Below are positions 20,697 to 30,825 of a stretch of 64,000 bases of DNA, piece after piece. The number at the start of each line of letters is the position of its first letter. Position 1 is the first letter of the stretch. The notes beneath the pieces were generated by a model. The model worked only from the letters and a program-made list of their open reading frames with translations, had not been told where the DNA came from and did not search any database. The translations under genes were made by a program, and so were the position numbers. Location: the IMG/VR virus record IMGVR_UViG_3300047994_000374, positions 124,001 through 188,000 of that record; one strand, 5' to 3'.

Positions 20697-21329
20697 TTAT
20701 ATTTTAATATTATCTCGAAGTTTATCGAGAGCATCGTTTAAAATATCGATGCATTTGTTTCGATTGATATTAAGCTTATGACAAATTTTATTAATTGACA
20801 TTGGCTTATCACCATCAAAACCATAAGCTAACAAAATAACCGTTCGCTTTCGTTTCGTCAAGGACTTCAAAACATCGCGTATTGCTTTCGAAGTTTCTTT
20901 TTCCTCTGCAGAATCAAAAGCATTCATCCCCTCATCAATCATTTCTGGGATTTCAATTTCTTTATGAGGAGCAACGTCTTTTGCGATTTTCATTGGGTAT
21001 CGAATAGTGGAGTGCATGTTCGCGGCTCTTGAAATTCGCGTCCCAATATAATGATGTGCCCAGGAAAAGAAGCTTCCCTTTTTCTGATTGTAGGTTTTCA
21101 TCGCTCGCAAAAGAGCCTCAAAACCCTCTTGATTAAGATCGTCATAATTAGCAAATGACTTATATCTACCAGTGCGCACCGTAACCAAATACTTAAATTT
21201 TTCCATACAAACTTGAAGATGCTTATTTAATTCTTCTTGACTGCCATCTTCTTTTGCTTTAGCCTTGAGACCATTCAATTTGGTCATCAATTCTTTAGCT
21301 TCTTTTTCCGTAATCATTTCATCTCGCAT
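20697..21329 (-). CDS. Phage sigma70-family RNA polymerase sigma factor (start revised to ATG 21329 or 21317)
   Basis: DDLNQEGFEALLRAMKTY..KKGSFFSWA region 2; LTKRKRTVILLAYG...MS..KI region 4 HTH. Confidence 0.88.
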   Translation of the reverse strand: MRDEMITEKEAKELMTKLNGLKAKAKEDGSQEELNKHLQVCMEKFKYLVTVRTGRYKSFANYDDLNQEGFEALLRAMKTYNQKKGSFFSWAHHYIGTRISRAANMHSTIRYPMKIAKDVAPHKEIEIPEMIDEGMNAFDSAEEKETSKAIRDVLKSLTKRKRTVILLAYGFDGDKPMSINKICHKLNINRNKCIDILNDALDKLRDNIKI

Positions 21330-21405
21330 TTGGTGGTAAGTATATATTTCAATATCCCCATAGTTGTATTGCATCATACAGCTAATTATGGGTAAGTATT
21401 GAATT

Positions 21406-21549
21406 TTATTGCTGCATTTCCAATAAACTTTCTCGAACACTTTCTACGGTTGTTCTTAAAATTTCATCATCACTTAAAGATAAAGCAAACTCAAGCAATT
21501 CAATAATGCTTTGAATTTTATCTCTTTCAATGATGATTTTATTTTTCAC
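21406..21549 (-). CDS. Small helical protein (47 aa, not in ORF track)
   Basis: GTG immediately after the upstream TAA; MKNKIIIERDKIQSIIELLEFALSLSDDEILRTTVESVRESLLEMQQ. Confidence 0.55.
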   Translation of the reverse strand: MKNKIIIERDKIQSIIELLEFALSLSDDEILRTTVESVRESLLEMQQ

Positions 21550-21738
21550 TTATTTGTAGCCTTCTTTTGCCCACCCACCACCAACAAGTGCGAAATTTGT
21601 TGAAGAAATAAGACGCTTTAATTTCTTTGGTTCCAAGCCTTCTTCTTTACATTTCGGACATTCTTCTACTGTGTCTTTAATGGAATGTTGGAGTTCAAAA
21701 ACCTTATGAAGTTCGCACTCATATTCGTATACTGGCAT
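21550..21738 (-). CDS. FmdB-like zinc-ribbon protein
   Basis: MPVYEYEC..H.VFE...CPKC...RLIS...F...GGGW. Confidence 0.85.
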   Translation of the reverse strand: MPVYEYECELHKVFELQHSIKDTVEECPKCKEEGLEPKKLKRLISSTNFALVGGGWAKEGYK

Positions 21739-21748
21739 CGGGTTCCTT

Positions 21749-21958
21749 TTAGTTAATACTGTAAGACTCTAATTTAATTAATCTTTTAATATTGTCAAGT
21801 GCCTTCTCTACATTATCCAGCTTATTATTAATCATTTCGATTTCATAAGCCTTTTGACTGGCAGATAAGGATGTATCTTTACTTAAATCATCAATCTTTT
21901 TTAATGTTTCGATGAGTTCTGTTTTGAGTTCTAGTAGTTTGTCGGTATTGACACTCAT
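21749..21958 (-). CDS. Small coiled-coil protein
   Basis: 69-aa ORF with heptad pattern. Confidence 0.55.
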   Translation of the reverse strand: MSVNTDKLLELKTELIETLKKIDDLSKDTSLSASQKAYEIEMINNKLDNVEKALDNIKRLIKLESYSIN

Positions 21959-22266
21959 CGTTTTTTGCTTCGATCAATTTGTTGGGTAAGCTTTTGAAAA
22001 TTGGATTCGCCCAACAAATTTGCGTAAACCTTTTCTGATTTACTTGCATCTCTTTGTAGCTTAGCTGTATCTGACTTCATCTGGGCAACCAATTCATTTC
22101 CTGTGAGTTCGACGACACCCCTACTACCACCAGGACTAATCAAACGTTTTACTTCATGTTTCTGTCCAGTTGATTCGCACTTTGGGCAAAATTCTAATTT
22201 AATAGATATAGAATGAAATTCTTCAAACTCTCCGCAAGTTCCGCATTCGTATAAATAAGTGGGCAT
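21955..22266 (-). CDS. FmdB-like zinc-ribbon protein
   Basis: MPTYLYECGTCGEFE...CPKC...RLIS. Confidence 0.85.
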   Translation of the reverse strand: MPTYLYECGTCGEFEEFHSISIKLEFCPKCESTGQKHEVKRLISPGGSRGVVELTGNELVAQMKSDTAKLQRDASKSEKVYANLLGESNFQKLTQQIDRSKKR

Positions 22267-22308
22267 AATTATTTCCTTTTCTATTAAACATATATCCAGT
22301 CAAAACTA

Positions 22309-22569
22309 TTATTCGTTCCAAAATGCTTTCATTTTTAGCAATCTACTTGCACCATCTATACTAAAAGTGTTTAAATCAATTTCGGGCGACCATTCAAGAG
22401 CATTATAATTTATTACTTCATGTGGCTCAAGTGAGCAGTCACATACTCTTATTTTGTCGCTACTCATGGATGGATAATATGGTAAAATATTTAATTTCAT
22501 TAATTTAAGTCCTGTTCGATGAGTTTTATGATCGTAATAGTCTGCATATTTAATGTGCCCAGAATCCAT
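22309..22569 (-). CDS. Hypothetical protein with variant of the shared C-terminal motif
   Basis: Ends SRLLKMKAFWNE*. Confidence 0.5.
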   Translation of the reverse strand: MDSGHIKYADYYDHKTHRTGLKLMKLNILPYYPSMSSDKIRVCDCSLEPHEVINYNALEWSPEIDLNTFSIDGASRLLKMKAFWNE

Positions 22570-22620
22570 TTGATACCAGCATCATTGCATAATAGGGCGG
22601 CTTTTAAAACCAATTGGATA

Positions 22621-22800
22621 TTAGTCATTGACAGCTAAAGCCTTCCCAATAATCTTAAACTCAATATCGCTTAACCAATCACGAATAATAGTTTGCTTTA
22701 GTTTCTCGTCCTTAACTTCAAAGACAATATACATTCTACCGGTAAGATCGTCTCTCTCCACTCTTACGGCTTCGGCAACTATCTTTTCGTCAGGCTTCAA
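22621..22800 (-). CDS. Small hypothetical protein (start revised to TTG 22800)
   Basis: MKPDEKIVAEAVRVERDDLTGRMYIVFEV...; the longer N-terminus overlaps dnaB. Confidence 0.55.
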   Translation of the reverse strand: MKPDEKIVAEAVRVERDDLTGRMYIVFEVKDEKLKQTIIRDWLSDIEFKIIGKALAVND

Positions 22801-24220
22801 TTTCCAAATCCTCAATCTCTTCTGAAATGTCATCCATGTTATATTGAATGAATTGTTTATTGATATCGGAAGATCCCTCTTCTTCTTTTTCATCAATATT
22901 TAAAAGGGTAGCGCAAGCAAAGTTCTTAATCAACTTGCCCTGGGTTTTTGGACCCTTTCTATTTTTGATCAAGTGAAGTTTTAGATCAAAATGCTGCTCT
23001 TCTTGAGGGCGGGATTCAATTTGAAGAACGTGGGTGGCATGGGTTGCGATGGTTGCAGAACGAGCCAATCGTGATAAGCCAATGTTCTCTGCTGGGTCTT
23101 TACCAGTGCCTGCCTTTCGATTTAACTGAACGGCTGAAAAGATTGGAATGTTTCTACGACGAGCAATGCTACGGGTCTCATAAGATATAACTCCCTGCTT
23201 CAACCAATCTTGCTCATCTGAATTGCCTTCATTGGGCTTCATAATTCCAAGGTAGTCAATGATCGATACATCAACATTGAAAGTGCAGTCATCAATAATT
23301 GCATCAATATCATTTGCGCAAGCGTCTGGAATATCTACAATCTCGAAATGATTTGGATATCGTTTAATGAAATCCAATGCTTTTTTAAGTCGAGCCATCT
23401 CATCACGATCAAGTGTGGCGTTTTCAATCTTATGGGAAGACACTCCTGAAAGTCTGGATAATAAACGATTAAAGCAATCCTCATGATTCATTTCAAGGGA
23501 GAAGTAAATTACATTCTTGCCTGGTTTGAATTCAGTATCATCTATGGAATTTCCTTGCATCCAAATCTGAACCGCCATATTATTAAGGACCAGTGATTTG
23601 CCGAATCCAGACTCACCACAAACAAGAATGAAATCACTTCCTTTAATTCCATTGGTTGCCGTATCAAAGAATGTGTAGCCCGTTTTAATCCCAACATCTA
23701 AATCAGGATTATTCTTTCGAGCATTAAATCGTTCGGTAAATGAGGCGAGTGAATCCTTAATCGTTCTGCGTTCAAAAGACTTTGCTTCTTTGATGGACTT
23801 TACATTTTGTATAATCTTTTGAATATCTTGAACTGTCTTATCGACATTAACGGAACCTGGCTCTATTTTGGCTAATTGGTTCTTGGCTAATAGAATTTGT
23901 TCTTCTGAATAGCGCGTTTTAAGTTTATTAAGGAAATGCTTATACTCTTCCGGCTTTACATGAACTTCATCAAGCTCGCCCCAAACTCCATGGATATGTT
24001 CAAGTAGCTTTTCATTGTTTGGTTTGTTTAATTTTTCAGATAGAACTCGTAAGGTAGGAAGTTCCTTATGTGTCTTGATATAGGAAACAATGGTATTGGC
24101 AAAGTTCCAAACATCCACGGAAAATAACTTGGCGTCCGTTTCTGCCACAAATTCAAGGGCAAATTTCTTATTGGTGATTAAATTTTTAAGGACGATTAGG
24201 TCAATTTCTTGTATGCTCAT
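22790..24220 (-). CDS. dnaB: DnaB-family replicative helicase
   Basis: GESGFGKS, YFSLEM, IIDYLGIM, SAVQLNR, IKNRKG. Confidence 0.92.
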   Translation of the reverse strand: MSIQEIDLIVLKNLITNKKFALEFVAETDAKLFSVDVWNFANTIVSYIKTHKELPTLRVLSEKLNKPNNEKLLEHIHGVWGELDEVHVKPEEYKHFLNKLKTRYSEEQILLAKNQLAKIEPGSVNVDKTVQDIQKIIQNVKSIKEAKSFERRTIKDSLASFTERFNARKNNPDLDVGIKTGYTFFDTATNGIKGSDFILVCGESGFGKSLVLNNMAVQIWMQGNSIDDTEFKPGKNVIYFSLEMNHEDCFNRLLSRLSGVSSHKIENATLDRDEMARLKKALDFIKRYPNHFEIVDIPDACANDIDAIIDDCTFNVDVSIIDYLGIMKPNEGNSDEQDWLKQGVISYETRSIARRRNIPIFSAVQLNRKAGTGKDPAENIGLSRLARSATIATHATHVLQIESRPQEEQHFDLKLHLIKNRKGPKTQGKLIKNFACATLLNIDEKEEEGSSDINKQFIQYNMDDISEEIEDLEIEA

Positions 24221-24918
24221 TTTGCCTTTCGGAAGTCATTGCCAAATACTGGAAACATTGTCATATACCCATTAAATAAACTTCCAATACTTTCTTTCAA
24301 TGGTCCCTGTAAACTTTCAAGTATATTAGGTGAGTTAGTGCACATAATGGTCGGCAATTTATTTGAAGCCCTTGTTCTAAATACTGATTCTAAAGTCCGG
24401 GCATATAAATCACTGGCACTTGATGAGCCATACATTCTTGCATCAAATTCATCTAAAACTAAAAAATCAACCAAATTTAATTCTCTACGAGCCAAATATT
24501 TTTCATCATTATCTGCCGAGGTCATTACAGACACGACGCTTGACAAATCAGTATAAAGAGCAGTGTATCCTTTTTGAACCGCCTTCTTTAAAATACAGGT
24601 AGACGTTAGGGTTTTTCCACGACCATGCTGCCCCGCTAAACAAATTGAACCTCCTGACATGTAAGAGGACTTCATATCAGCCGTATACTCATCGAACTTT
24701 ACTTTAAGATTTGGATCGCCTTTAAAATCTCGCTCCATTTTTAAGCTCCAATACTCAATAGGAATATTAGCTTCTGCATAACGATTGATAGCAGTGGTGC
24801 GAACAAGCTTTTTCTGAATATCAATATCGCTTTCACTAACTACATTGAGCGCTTCTTGTAGTTTCTTTTGAGGAATATTGTTAAGTGCTTTTGAGCGACA
24901 AAAATTTTGGAAGTCCAT
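24217..24918 (-). CDS. DnaC/IstB-like AAA+ helicase loader
   Basis: GQHGRGKT, LVLDEF, R..NKLPTIMCTN, DFR; adjacent to dnaB. Confidence 0.85.
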   Translation of the reverse strand: MDFQNFCRSKALNNIPQKKLQEALNVVSESDIDIQKKLVRTTAINRYAEANIPIEYWSLKMERDFKGDPNLKVKFDEYTADMKSSYMSGGSICLAGQHGRGKTLTSTCILKKAVQKGYTALYTDLSSVVSVMTSADNDEKYLARRELNLVDFLVLDEFDARMYGSSSASDLYARTLESVFRTRASNKLPTIMCTNSPNILESLQGPLKESIGSLFNGYMTMFPVFGNDFRKAK

Positions 24919-25300
24919 AATCTACCGGCTTTACTTCATTGGTTATAGTGTGTGTGCTTAATTTTTCTGATAATTCTTTTCGCTCTTCTTCATTGAGTAA
25001 GCTTTTTAATTGAGCGAGATTTTTATTCTTTAAATCTGATGTAGGTTGTTCTTTTACTTCTTCAAACTTTTCTTCTAACTTTGCTTTTTGAACTTGTCGT
25101 GGTGATGTTTCTTTTGGGACTGATTTGCCTATTTCAATTTCCACCATTAGGATTGTTTCAGTTGGATGGTATATAATAAGCATCTTGGAGTTCTTTTCCA
25201 AGATGACATTGTCTTTATTCCATTCTTTTACGATACCATCAATACAAAGATCGTTCTTTAAAAAAACTTTTACTTGTTGACCTAAATTTGGGGTTTTCAT
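24881..25300 (-). CDS. Hypothetical protein (Sm/SH3-like beta N-terminus, charged C-terminus)
   Basis: GQQVKVFLKN...IDGIVKEW pattern. Confidence 0.55.
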   Translation of the reverse strand: MKTPNLGQQVKVFLKNDLCIDGIVKEWNKDNVILEKNSKMLIIYHPTETILMVEIEIGKSVPKETSPRQVQKAKLEEKFEEVKEQPTSDLKNKNLAQLKSLLNEEERKELSEKLSTHTITNEVKPVDYGLPKFLSLKST

Positions 25301-25656
25301 AAAAATGGTCCTAAATAATAAAATCTTTTATATTGTACAATGTAATCGTCATTTATTATAGCCACTTTATAATATGCAAATCCTTTAGGAATTGAATTCC
25401 AGAATTGTTTTGGAAACATTCCCCATAAAATAATATCATTATCTTTTATATACAAATAATTAAGAGGCAAACGATTTGGATTTTGCCCAGTAGAACCCGA
25501 TCCAACGACCACTGGGTTTTCTGCTATAATATACGCTTCTGTAATTGCAAATCCCATATAATTACCTGAGAGCAAATTTCCAATATAAGAATAAACAACC
25601 TTACTAAAAGGTTTTTCAGTTATTTTTTCAAATTCACTTACATGCATAAATCTCAT
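25297..25656 (-). CDS. Tandem paralogue A1 with shared C-terminal motif
   Basis: Starts MRFMHVSEFEKIT, ends YKRFYYLGPFL*. Confidence 0.65.
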   Translation of the reverse strand: MRFMHVSEFEKITEKPFSKVVYSYIGNLLSGNYMGFAITEAYIIAENPVVVGSGSTGQNPNRLPLNYLYIKDNDIILWGMFPKQFWNSIPKGFAYYKVAIINDDYIVQYKRFYYLGPFL

Positions 25657-25955
25657 AAGAACGCCATTATCTTATCGTATTTTTTATAGAGTTCTGGAAA
25701 TTTTTCATAACTCACAAACCACACGATCTTTGCGTTTGAATAACTTTCTTTCCATTGCCCATAAATGCAACAAAGATTATTTACATCCAATCCATTATTC
25801 GAAGCAAACATCCTACATCTTAATTGGAAATCTTTATCTTGTATGGCAGACACAAATGCTTGTATTTTTTGAATTCTGACAATTTCATTAAACTTATCTG
25901 GATCAAGGTACGTTCCTGTAATTTCTTTAAATGCATCTGCGCCAATAAATCTCAA
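25653..25955 (-). CDS. Tandem paralogue A2 with shared C-terminal motif
   Basis: Starts MRFIGADAFKEIT, ends YKKYDKIMAFL*. Confidence 0.65.
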   Translation of the reverse strand: MRFIGADAFKEITGTYLDPDKFNEIVRIQKIQAFVSAIQDKDFQLRCRMFASNNGLDVNNLCCIYGQWKESYSNAKIVWFVSYEKFPELYKKYDKIMAFL

Positions 25956-26272
25956 ACGAACGCCTCAATATTAAGAAATTTTTTATACATTTCCAATACG
26001 TCCATATCACTTATTAATACAACGCCAACTCGATTCGGATTATTTGTAAAACTAACTGAGCCAAATAAAACCACACAACGATCTGCGTCAAAGTAAGCGT
26101 AATACTTGTCTATTAATGCCCTACATTCTGTTTTAAAGAATTTCATTTCAACGCTTGTGTAGATGGCTGAAAAATTATCAAACACAGTGCGCATCTCGTT
26201 AAAAGTGCGCTGATCGAACTCTTCTCCAACTACTCGTTTAAATTGTTTGGGTCCGATGTATCTTATTTTCAT
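25952..26272 (-). CDS. Tandem paralogue A3 with shared C-terminal motif
   Basis: Starts MKIRYIGPKQFKRVV, ends YKKFLNIEAFV*. Confidence 0.65.
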   Translation of the reverse strand: MKIRYIGPKQFKRVVGEEFDQRTFNEMRTVFDNFSAIYTSVEMKFFKTECRALIDKYYAYFDADRCVVLFGSVSFTNNPNRVGVVLISDMDVLEMYKKFLNIEAFV

Positions 26273-26871
26273 ACAACCGTCGCTAAAATATTTCGATCAA
26301 ACCCTAATCGAGATAATTCTTCGAAGGCTTGAGAAAGATTATCAGACATGGGATCGGATTGATTTAAAAATGCTAAATCTCCATATGTCGATATAGATAT
26401 TCCATTACTTGCGAATACTTCCAGATAATTTGATGGCAATTGAGTAGATCGATTTATTCCATTTCCAACTTTATTTTTATTGGAGAACAACACTTTCATT
26501 TTATAATCGTGTATATTCTCTTCCTTGGCGATGAAGGAAATGGAGGTAAATCGCTTCTTTAATTGAGGGACCTTGTTTTCAAAAAGCCAATCAATGTACT
26601 CTTTTAGGAGGGCTGGATCTGATGTTAAATTCACACCCAACTTCTTAATGTTAAAGACTTCAAATGATTTTACCGGCGAGGGAGTATTAAATTTAAATTG
26701 ATACTTACACTTGTAGTATTGTTCATATACTTTTTTGAAGTAGCCGACTAAATGACCGACCTTCCACTCATGAACATCAAGCGTATCAATTTCTTTAAAC
26801 TTCTCGAAGAACTTTATATATTTTTGGTTAGGCAGTTCGCTAAGTTCTCCGCCAAAATCATCTGAATTCAT
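26269..26871 (-). CDS. Hypothetical protein, possibly replication-associated
   Basis: First gene of the run leading to dnaC-like/dnaB; own sigma70-type promoter. Confidence 0.55.
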   Translation of the reverse strand: MNSDDFGGELSELPNQKYIKFFEKFKEIDTLDVHEWKVGHLVGYFKKVYEQYYKCKYQFKFNTPSPVKSFEVFNIKKLGVNLTSDPALLKEYIDWLFENKVPQLKKRFTSISFIAKEENIHDYKMKVLFSNKNKVGNGINRSTQLPSNYLEVFASNGISISTYGDLAFLNQSDPMSDNLSQAFEELSRLGFDRNILATVV

Positions 26872-26877
26872 AAGGGT

Positions 26878-26905
26878 ATTGTAAGTATTGGAATGGTATT
26901 GTCAA
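26878..26905 (-). promoter_or_regulatory. Sigma70-type promoter TTGACA-N16-TACAAT
   Basis: Near-consensus; ATG starts 7 nt after the end of the -10 box. Confidence 0.6.
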
Positions 26906-26907
26906 CC

Positions 26908-28197
26908 CTACTCTATTTTATACATGCTTTGCGCTAAATTTATTTTTAATTCTGATATAATAACTTCTTTATATGATTGCCTTCTTATAATTCGTAAGAC
27001 TATATGTCGATCACAATTATATTTTTTAGATATTTCATTAATTTTTAATCCAGCAATAAAATCATCGAATACGTTTTCTACAATATGTGAATATCGTCCA
27101 TAATTAGGATCTTTTAATTTAAGGGCATGGCGGAGTTTTTGTTTAGATATTTTTAGTTGGTCCGATATTTCTTCTATAGTTTTTCCAGATTCAAATAGAG
27201 AAATTATCGTTAACTTAACGCTTGGAATAATTTGCTTCATTCTTCTTTGGAGTGGAATTTTATCAATAATTTTTAATAATTGAGATTCTATAATAATATT
27301 TTGCCATAATTTCATATCTAAAATATTATAAATTTTTTGCTGACTTAATTTATAAGTCTTACCTATATAATTTAATTTATTTTTATCTGGATAGACTTTA
27401 AATATTTGTGTTTTAATATCAACGCGGGATGCATCGTCCCTAATAATGTGACGAATATCATTTAAAATTTTTTGAGTTTTTGTAATAATTTTTGAATCTA
27501 TTGGTACGGTTTTCCAAGTCTGTCGCCGGAGAACAAACTCAATATTTGAAATTTGGACATTAAATATTTTGGCAACTTTTGTTAATGATTTTAATTTAAT
27601 AAATTTTGTAAAAATATCAGGAATAATTCTAGCTTTTAGCTTAATTAATTTCCCGTTTTCATTCATTTTTGGTATAAATTTACGATGTCGTTTAAGCCAT
27701 GTTTGATATAAAGTCTCATCATTAATAGCAATCGAAATATAAATTTTTCTATTTAAAATATCTTTAATAGATGATAAATTTATTTTATATTTTATAGCAA
27801 TTTCTGATGTACACATATCAGTATTAATATAATCTTTGAATATATTTTTAATAGCTCTTGGTCCGAGCTTCCTTCCTGAATCGCCAAACCCGCGGCCTCC
27901 CGATGTCAGATTATAACCAAATTTTTGCTTATTTGATTTAAATTGTGATATATATTCGATTTCCTTTAAATAAGCCAAATTTTCATTTTCTAAATATTCG
28001 ATTATGTCAAATTTAAAATTATCTAAACCATATTTTAAAATTGCCCTATGTATTGGTAGTTGTTTTTTAGTTTTTGATTTTAATGAATCTCGAACATGAT
28101 CCCTCCATCGTCTAGTTGGATTGGCGCTGGTTTTTCCTATATAAATTTTATTGTTCTTCATATTAGTAATTGAATATATACAAAAGTTTTTGTTCAT
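26908..28197 (-). CDS. GIY-YIG homing endonuclease with repeated HTH-like C-terminal domains
   Basis: CIYSITN..NNKIYIGKT...RRW..H, E..YI, GYNLTSGG. Confidence 0.88.
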   Translation of the reverse strand: MNKNFCIYSITNMKNNKIYIGKTSANPTRRWRDHVRDSLKSKTKKQLPIHRAILKYGLDNFKFDIIEYLENENLAYLKEIEYISQFKSNKQKFGYNLTSGGRGFGDSGRKLGPRAIKNIFKDYINTDMCTSEIAIKYKINLSSIKDILNRKIYISIAINDETLYQTWLKRHRKFIPKMNENGKLIKLKARIIPDIFTKFIKLKSLTKVAKIFNVQISNIEFVLRRQTWKTVPIDSKIITKTQKILNDIRHIIRDDASRVDIKTQIFKVYPDKNKLNYIGKTYKLSQQKIYNILDMKLWQNIIIESQLLKIIDKIPLQRRMKQIIPSVKLTIISLFESGKTIEEISDQLKISKQKLRHALKLKDPNYGRYSHIVENVFDDFIAGLKINEISKKYNCDRHIVLRIIRRQSYKEVIISELKINLAQSMYKIE

Positions 28198-29663
28198 TTC
28201 ATCTCTTTGCTTTTTACTACTTTAAATCCTCTTTCAGCTTTATAAATATTGTATCGAATTTTAGAATGTTTTCTTAGAAATTTAGATTGATCAAAAAAAT
28301 CTATTACTGCGGCATATTTTTTGCCTTGCCTTAAAATTCTACCCACGCGCTGAGTTGCCTTTACACTGCTACAGCCTCCTCCGGCTAAAACCAAACCACT
28401 TAATATTGGCCAATTTATACCTATATCAAAAATGGTACTTGCCAATATAACATCTACCGCCTTATTGTACAACTGTGTTTTAACTTTATTCCTTTTTTCT
28501 AAACTGTCGTTTCCATCAAGTAGGGCAACTTTAATTCCTTCTGCCTCTAATAGCTCAAGTAATATTTCACCATGCTTTATTTGTTTAAATAAAACAAGTG
28601 GCACATATTTTTGTTTTAATAGCTGTTTAACTGATTTTATTATTAAATTATTTCTAACTTCATTCTCAACTATATATTTTTTATAAACGCCTTGATACGT
28701 ATCATCAGGAAATTGTTGATTTGGAACAGTAATAAACTGAATAATAGGTTGAGCTAGTAAATCTTTTCCTATAAGTTCCGAAGCAGATATATTAATAATC
28801 TGTTCTCCAAGAATGGAATTTATTAATAAGTCTGTATTGTCATCTCGATACGGCGTTCCTGAAAGTCCATAGATGCGTTCAGGGTCGATGATCTTATAGA
28901 TAGCCCGAATTGTATCTGAGGCTACAATATGGGATTCGTCGAACAAATGTATGGGAGTTGTTTCAAGAAGTTTAATTATTTTGTCGCAATTCTCTTGAGA
29001 TTGTGATTTTTCTTTTATGGCAACATCTGCGTCCATAAAGATTTGTTTTTTATCCATTCGCAATGCACTGCCCACTGTCCAAACTGAAACAATATTGATG
29101 CGTTGAATATCACAGATACCATTTCCAACATAACCGATTTTCTCATTAAATATTGAAGTAAAGAGATCGTGAAATTGTCCAAGAAGATCTAATCCAATGA
29201 CATAGATATTTGTGGGCTTATTGAAATGCGCAGCAATCATCGCGGCTGTCAAGGTTTTCCCTGATCCCGTGCATGATCTGATGATGCCTTTTGAATTTTG
29301 AATAGTGGCTTGGAGAATTTTTTCCTGATGATCTCGAGGAACTAAATTAAGAGATTTAAGCTTTTCAGATATATCAAGTGGTTGGGCAGGGATAATGGCT
29401 TTACGATTATCTGTTAAAGTGAAGGGTATTTTATTGTCATTTAAATATTCTTTGAATTGAGATACTAATCCAGAACCGAACGATCCTTTTGGAGTAATTA
29501 AATAGGTGACACCATCCCATCCTGAATTTTGACTTGCGTAACTAAATTCATAGCCTTCAATGCGATAGGAGAATGCTTTACGAACAGTTGATAATAGCTT
29601 CGGATCTTCTGTTATAAATTGAGCTTTTTTATTGTTATGAATGATTAATTGATTTTCGGTCAT
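28194..29663 (-). CDS. SF2 DExH helicase (UvsW-like)
   Basis: CTGSGKT, FDESH, GLSGTPYR, DIGIN, QRVGRILR. Confidence 0.9.
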   Translation of the reverse strand: MTENQLIIHNNKKAQFITEDPKLLSTVRKAFSYRIEGYEFSYASQNSGWDGVTYLITPKGSFGSGLVSQFKEYLNDNKIPFTLTDNRKAIIPAQPLDISEKLKSLNLVPRDHQEKILQATIQNSKGIIRSCTGSGKTLTAAMIAAHFNKPTNIYVIGLDLLGQFHDLFTSIFNEKIGYVGNGICDIQRINIVSVWTVGSALRMDKKQIFMDADVAIKEKSQSQENCDKIIKLLETTPIHLFDESHIVASDTIRAIYKIIDPERIYGLSGTPYRDDNTDLLINSILGEQIINISASELIGKDLLAQPIIQFITVPNQQFPDDTYQGVYKKYIVENEVRNNLIIKSVKQLLKQKYVPLVLFKQIKHGEILLELLEAEGIKVALLDGNDSLEKRNKVKTQLYNKAVDVILASTIFDIGINWPILSGLVLAGGGCSSVKATQRVGRILRQGKKYAAVIDFFDQSKFLRKHSKIRYNIYKAERGFKVVKSKEMK

Positions 29664-29689
29664 AGCTGTCCGAGAACCTATATATCAAG

Positions 29690-30550
29690 TCATCTACCAA
29701 ATTTATTTTTTATGAAATTAAAGATGGAAGTGAATGCACTAACTTCAGCTTGAGTTGGGGCTGTAAGAATAGTTTTAACTGTGTCTAATACTTTGGTGCC
29801 GGTGGTTGGCGCAGTTGGTTGGGCTGGTGGTGGCACAGGAATGGGGGATGTAGGGGCTGGTGTTGAATAGATATCAACTGGTGGGGGCGCGTTATAAATA
29901 TCGACTGGGGGCGTATTTATGACTGATGGTGCGGCAGTTGAGAATATAGATAGATCGGGACATTCATCAAGATCTGTATTTACTCCGGTTCCAGGTAATG
30001 GTCCTTGTCCTTTTTGCCATAAAACATAGTTAGTCCAAGGCGCTGGAATAGCTGGGGTGGATTCATATGACGCAATCCAAAGTGGATATTGGGTAAAATC
30101 TGAAGTAAATTTAACATTGGCACAAAAATCCGGATATGTATAGATCATTGGCTTACGACCACTCAATCGCTCATATTCAGTTAGATATGCTTGAGCCCAT
30201 GTTTTAATTTGCGAAGCCGAGCACCCCCAGGTAGCCCAGTCTTTGGGGAGCGGCCACTCTAAATCGCAAACCATTACTTCGCCAAGACTTGCATTAAAGT
30301 GATACTGTGCTTGAGCTACTGGGTCTCTCGAAGGCTTTCCTGTCGCGGGAGGCAATGGATATACGAAGTGATAGCAGGCAGTTGATAATCCAGCTGATTT
30401 TGCTGCAGCTACATTGTGCGCATAGTTCTTATCTATACTATCATTGCCAATTCCACAACGAAGGACAACGAAGGTAGCTCCACTGCTTTTTATAGCCGTC
30501 CAGTTTGGCACACCTTGTATTGCACTTATATCAAATCCATTAAATGGCAT
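29690..30550 (-). CDS. GH25 muramidase endolysin with Pro/Thr-rich linker and amphipathic C-terminal tail
   Basis: GFDISAIQG, YHF, DLE, PMIYT, YPLWIASY, WQ, DLD. Confidence 0.9.
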   Translation of the reverse strand: MPFNGFDISAIQGVPNWTAIKSSGATFVVLRCGIGNDSIDKNYAHNVAAAKSAGLSTACYHFVYPLPPATGKPSRDPVAQAQYHFNASLGEVMVCDLEWPLPKDWATWGCSASQIKTWAQAYLTEYERLSGRKPMIYTYPDFCANVKFTSDFTQYPLWIASYESTPAIPAPWTNYVLWQKGQGPLPGTGVNTDLDECPDLSIFSTAAPSVINTPPVDIYNAPPPVDIYSTPAPTSPIPVPPPAQPTAPTTGTKVLDTVKTILTAPTQAEVSAFTSIFNFIKNKFGR

Positions 30551-30576
30551 ATAAAAATGCCGTTAAAATGATAGAA

Positions 30577-30825
30577 CTATCTTTTAAGTAGTATCATCAG
30601 TTTTGGTGTGCCGCCCAAATATCCAAATAACTTTAATAAATAAAAAGCTATTATAAAAGTAAATTCATCATCATTATCAAATCCACCAAAACTCCCACCT
30701 AAAGTCATTTGTTTGCTATTTGATTTTATAAGTTTAAAATAATATCCTATTTTATATAGGAATCCGCCTGCATTTAATACAAATGCAATAATAACAATGA
30801 CAGATGCAATAACAGTAATTATCAT
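30577..30825 (-). CDS. Small membrane protein, holin candidate
   Basis: Two hydrophobic segments, immediately upstream of the endolysin. Confidence 0.4.
   Translation of the reverse strand: MIITVIASVIVIIAFVLNAGGFLYKIGYYFKLIKSNSKQMTLGGSFGGFDNDDEFTFIIAFYLLKLFGYLGGTPKLMILLKR

Noticed and set aside
21330-21440. N-terminal extension of the sigma factor in the ORF track
   Set aside because: It overlaps a better 47-aa ORF and an AT-rich intergenic segment; the sigma-like sequence begins near ATG 21329/21317.
16176-29663. Inteins or group I introns in nrdA, nrdB, dnaB, phoH or the helicase
   Set aside because: Proteins are of normal or short length with contiguous motifs; the endonucleases are free-standing.
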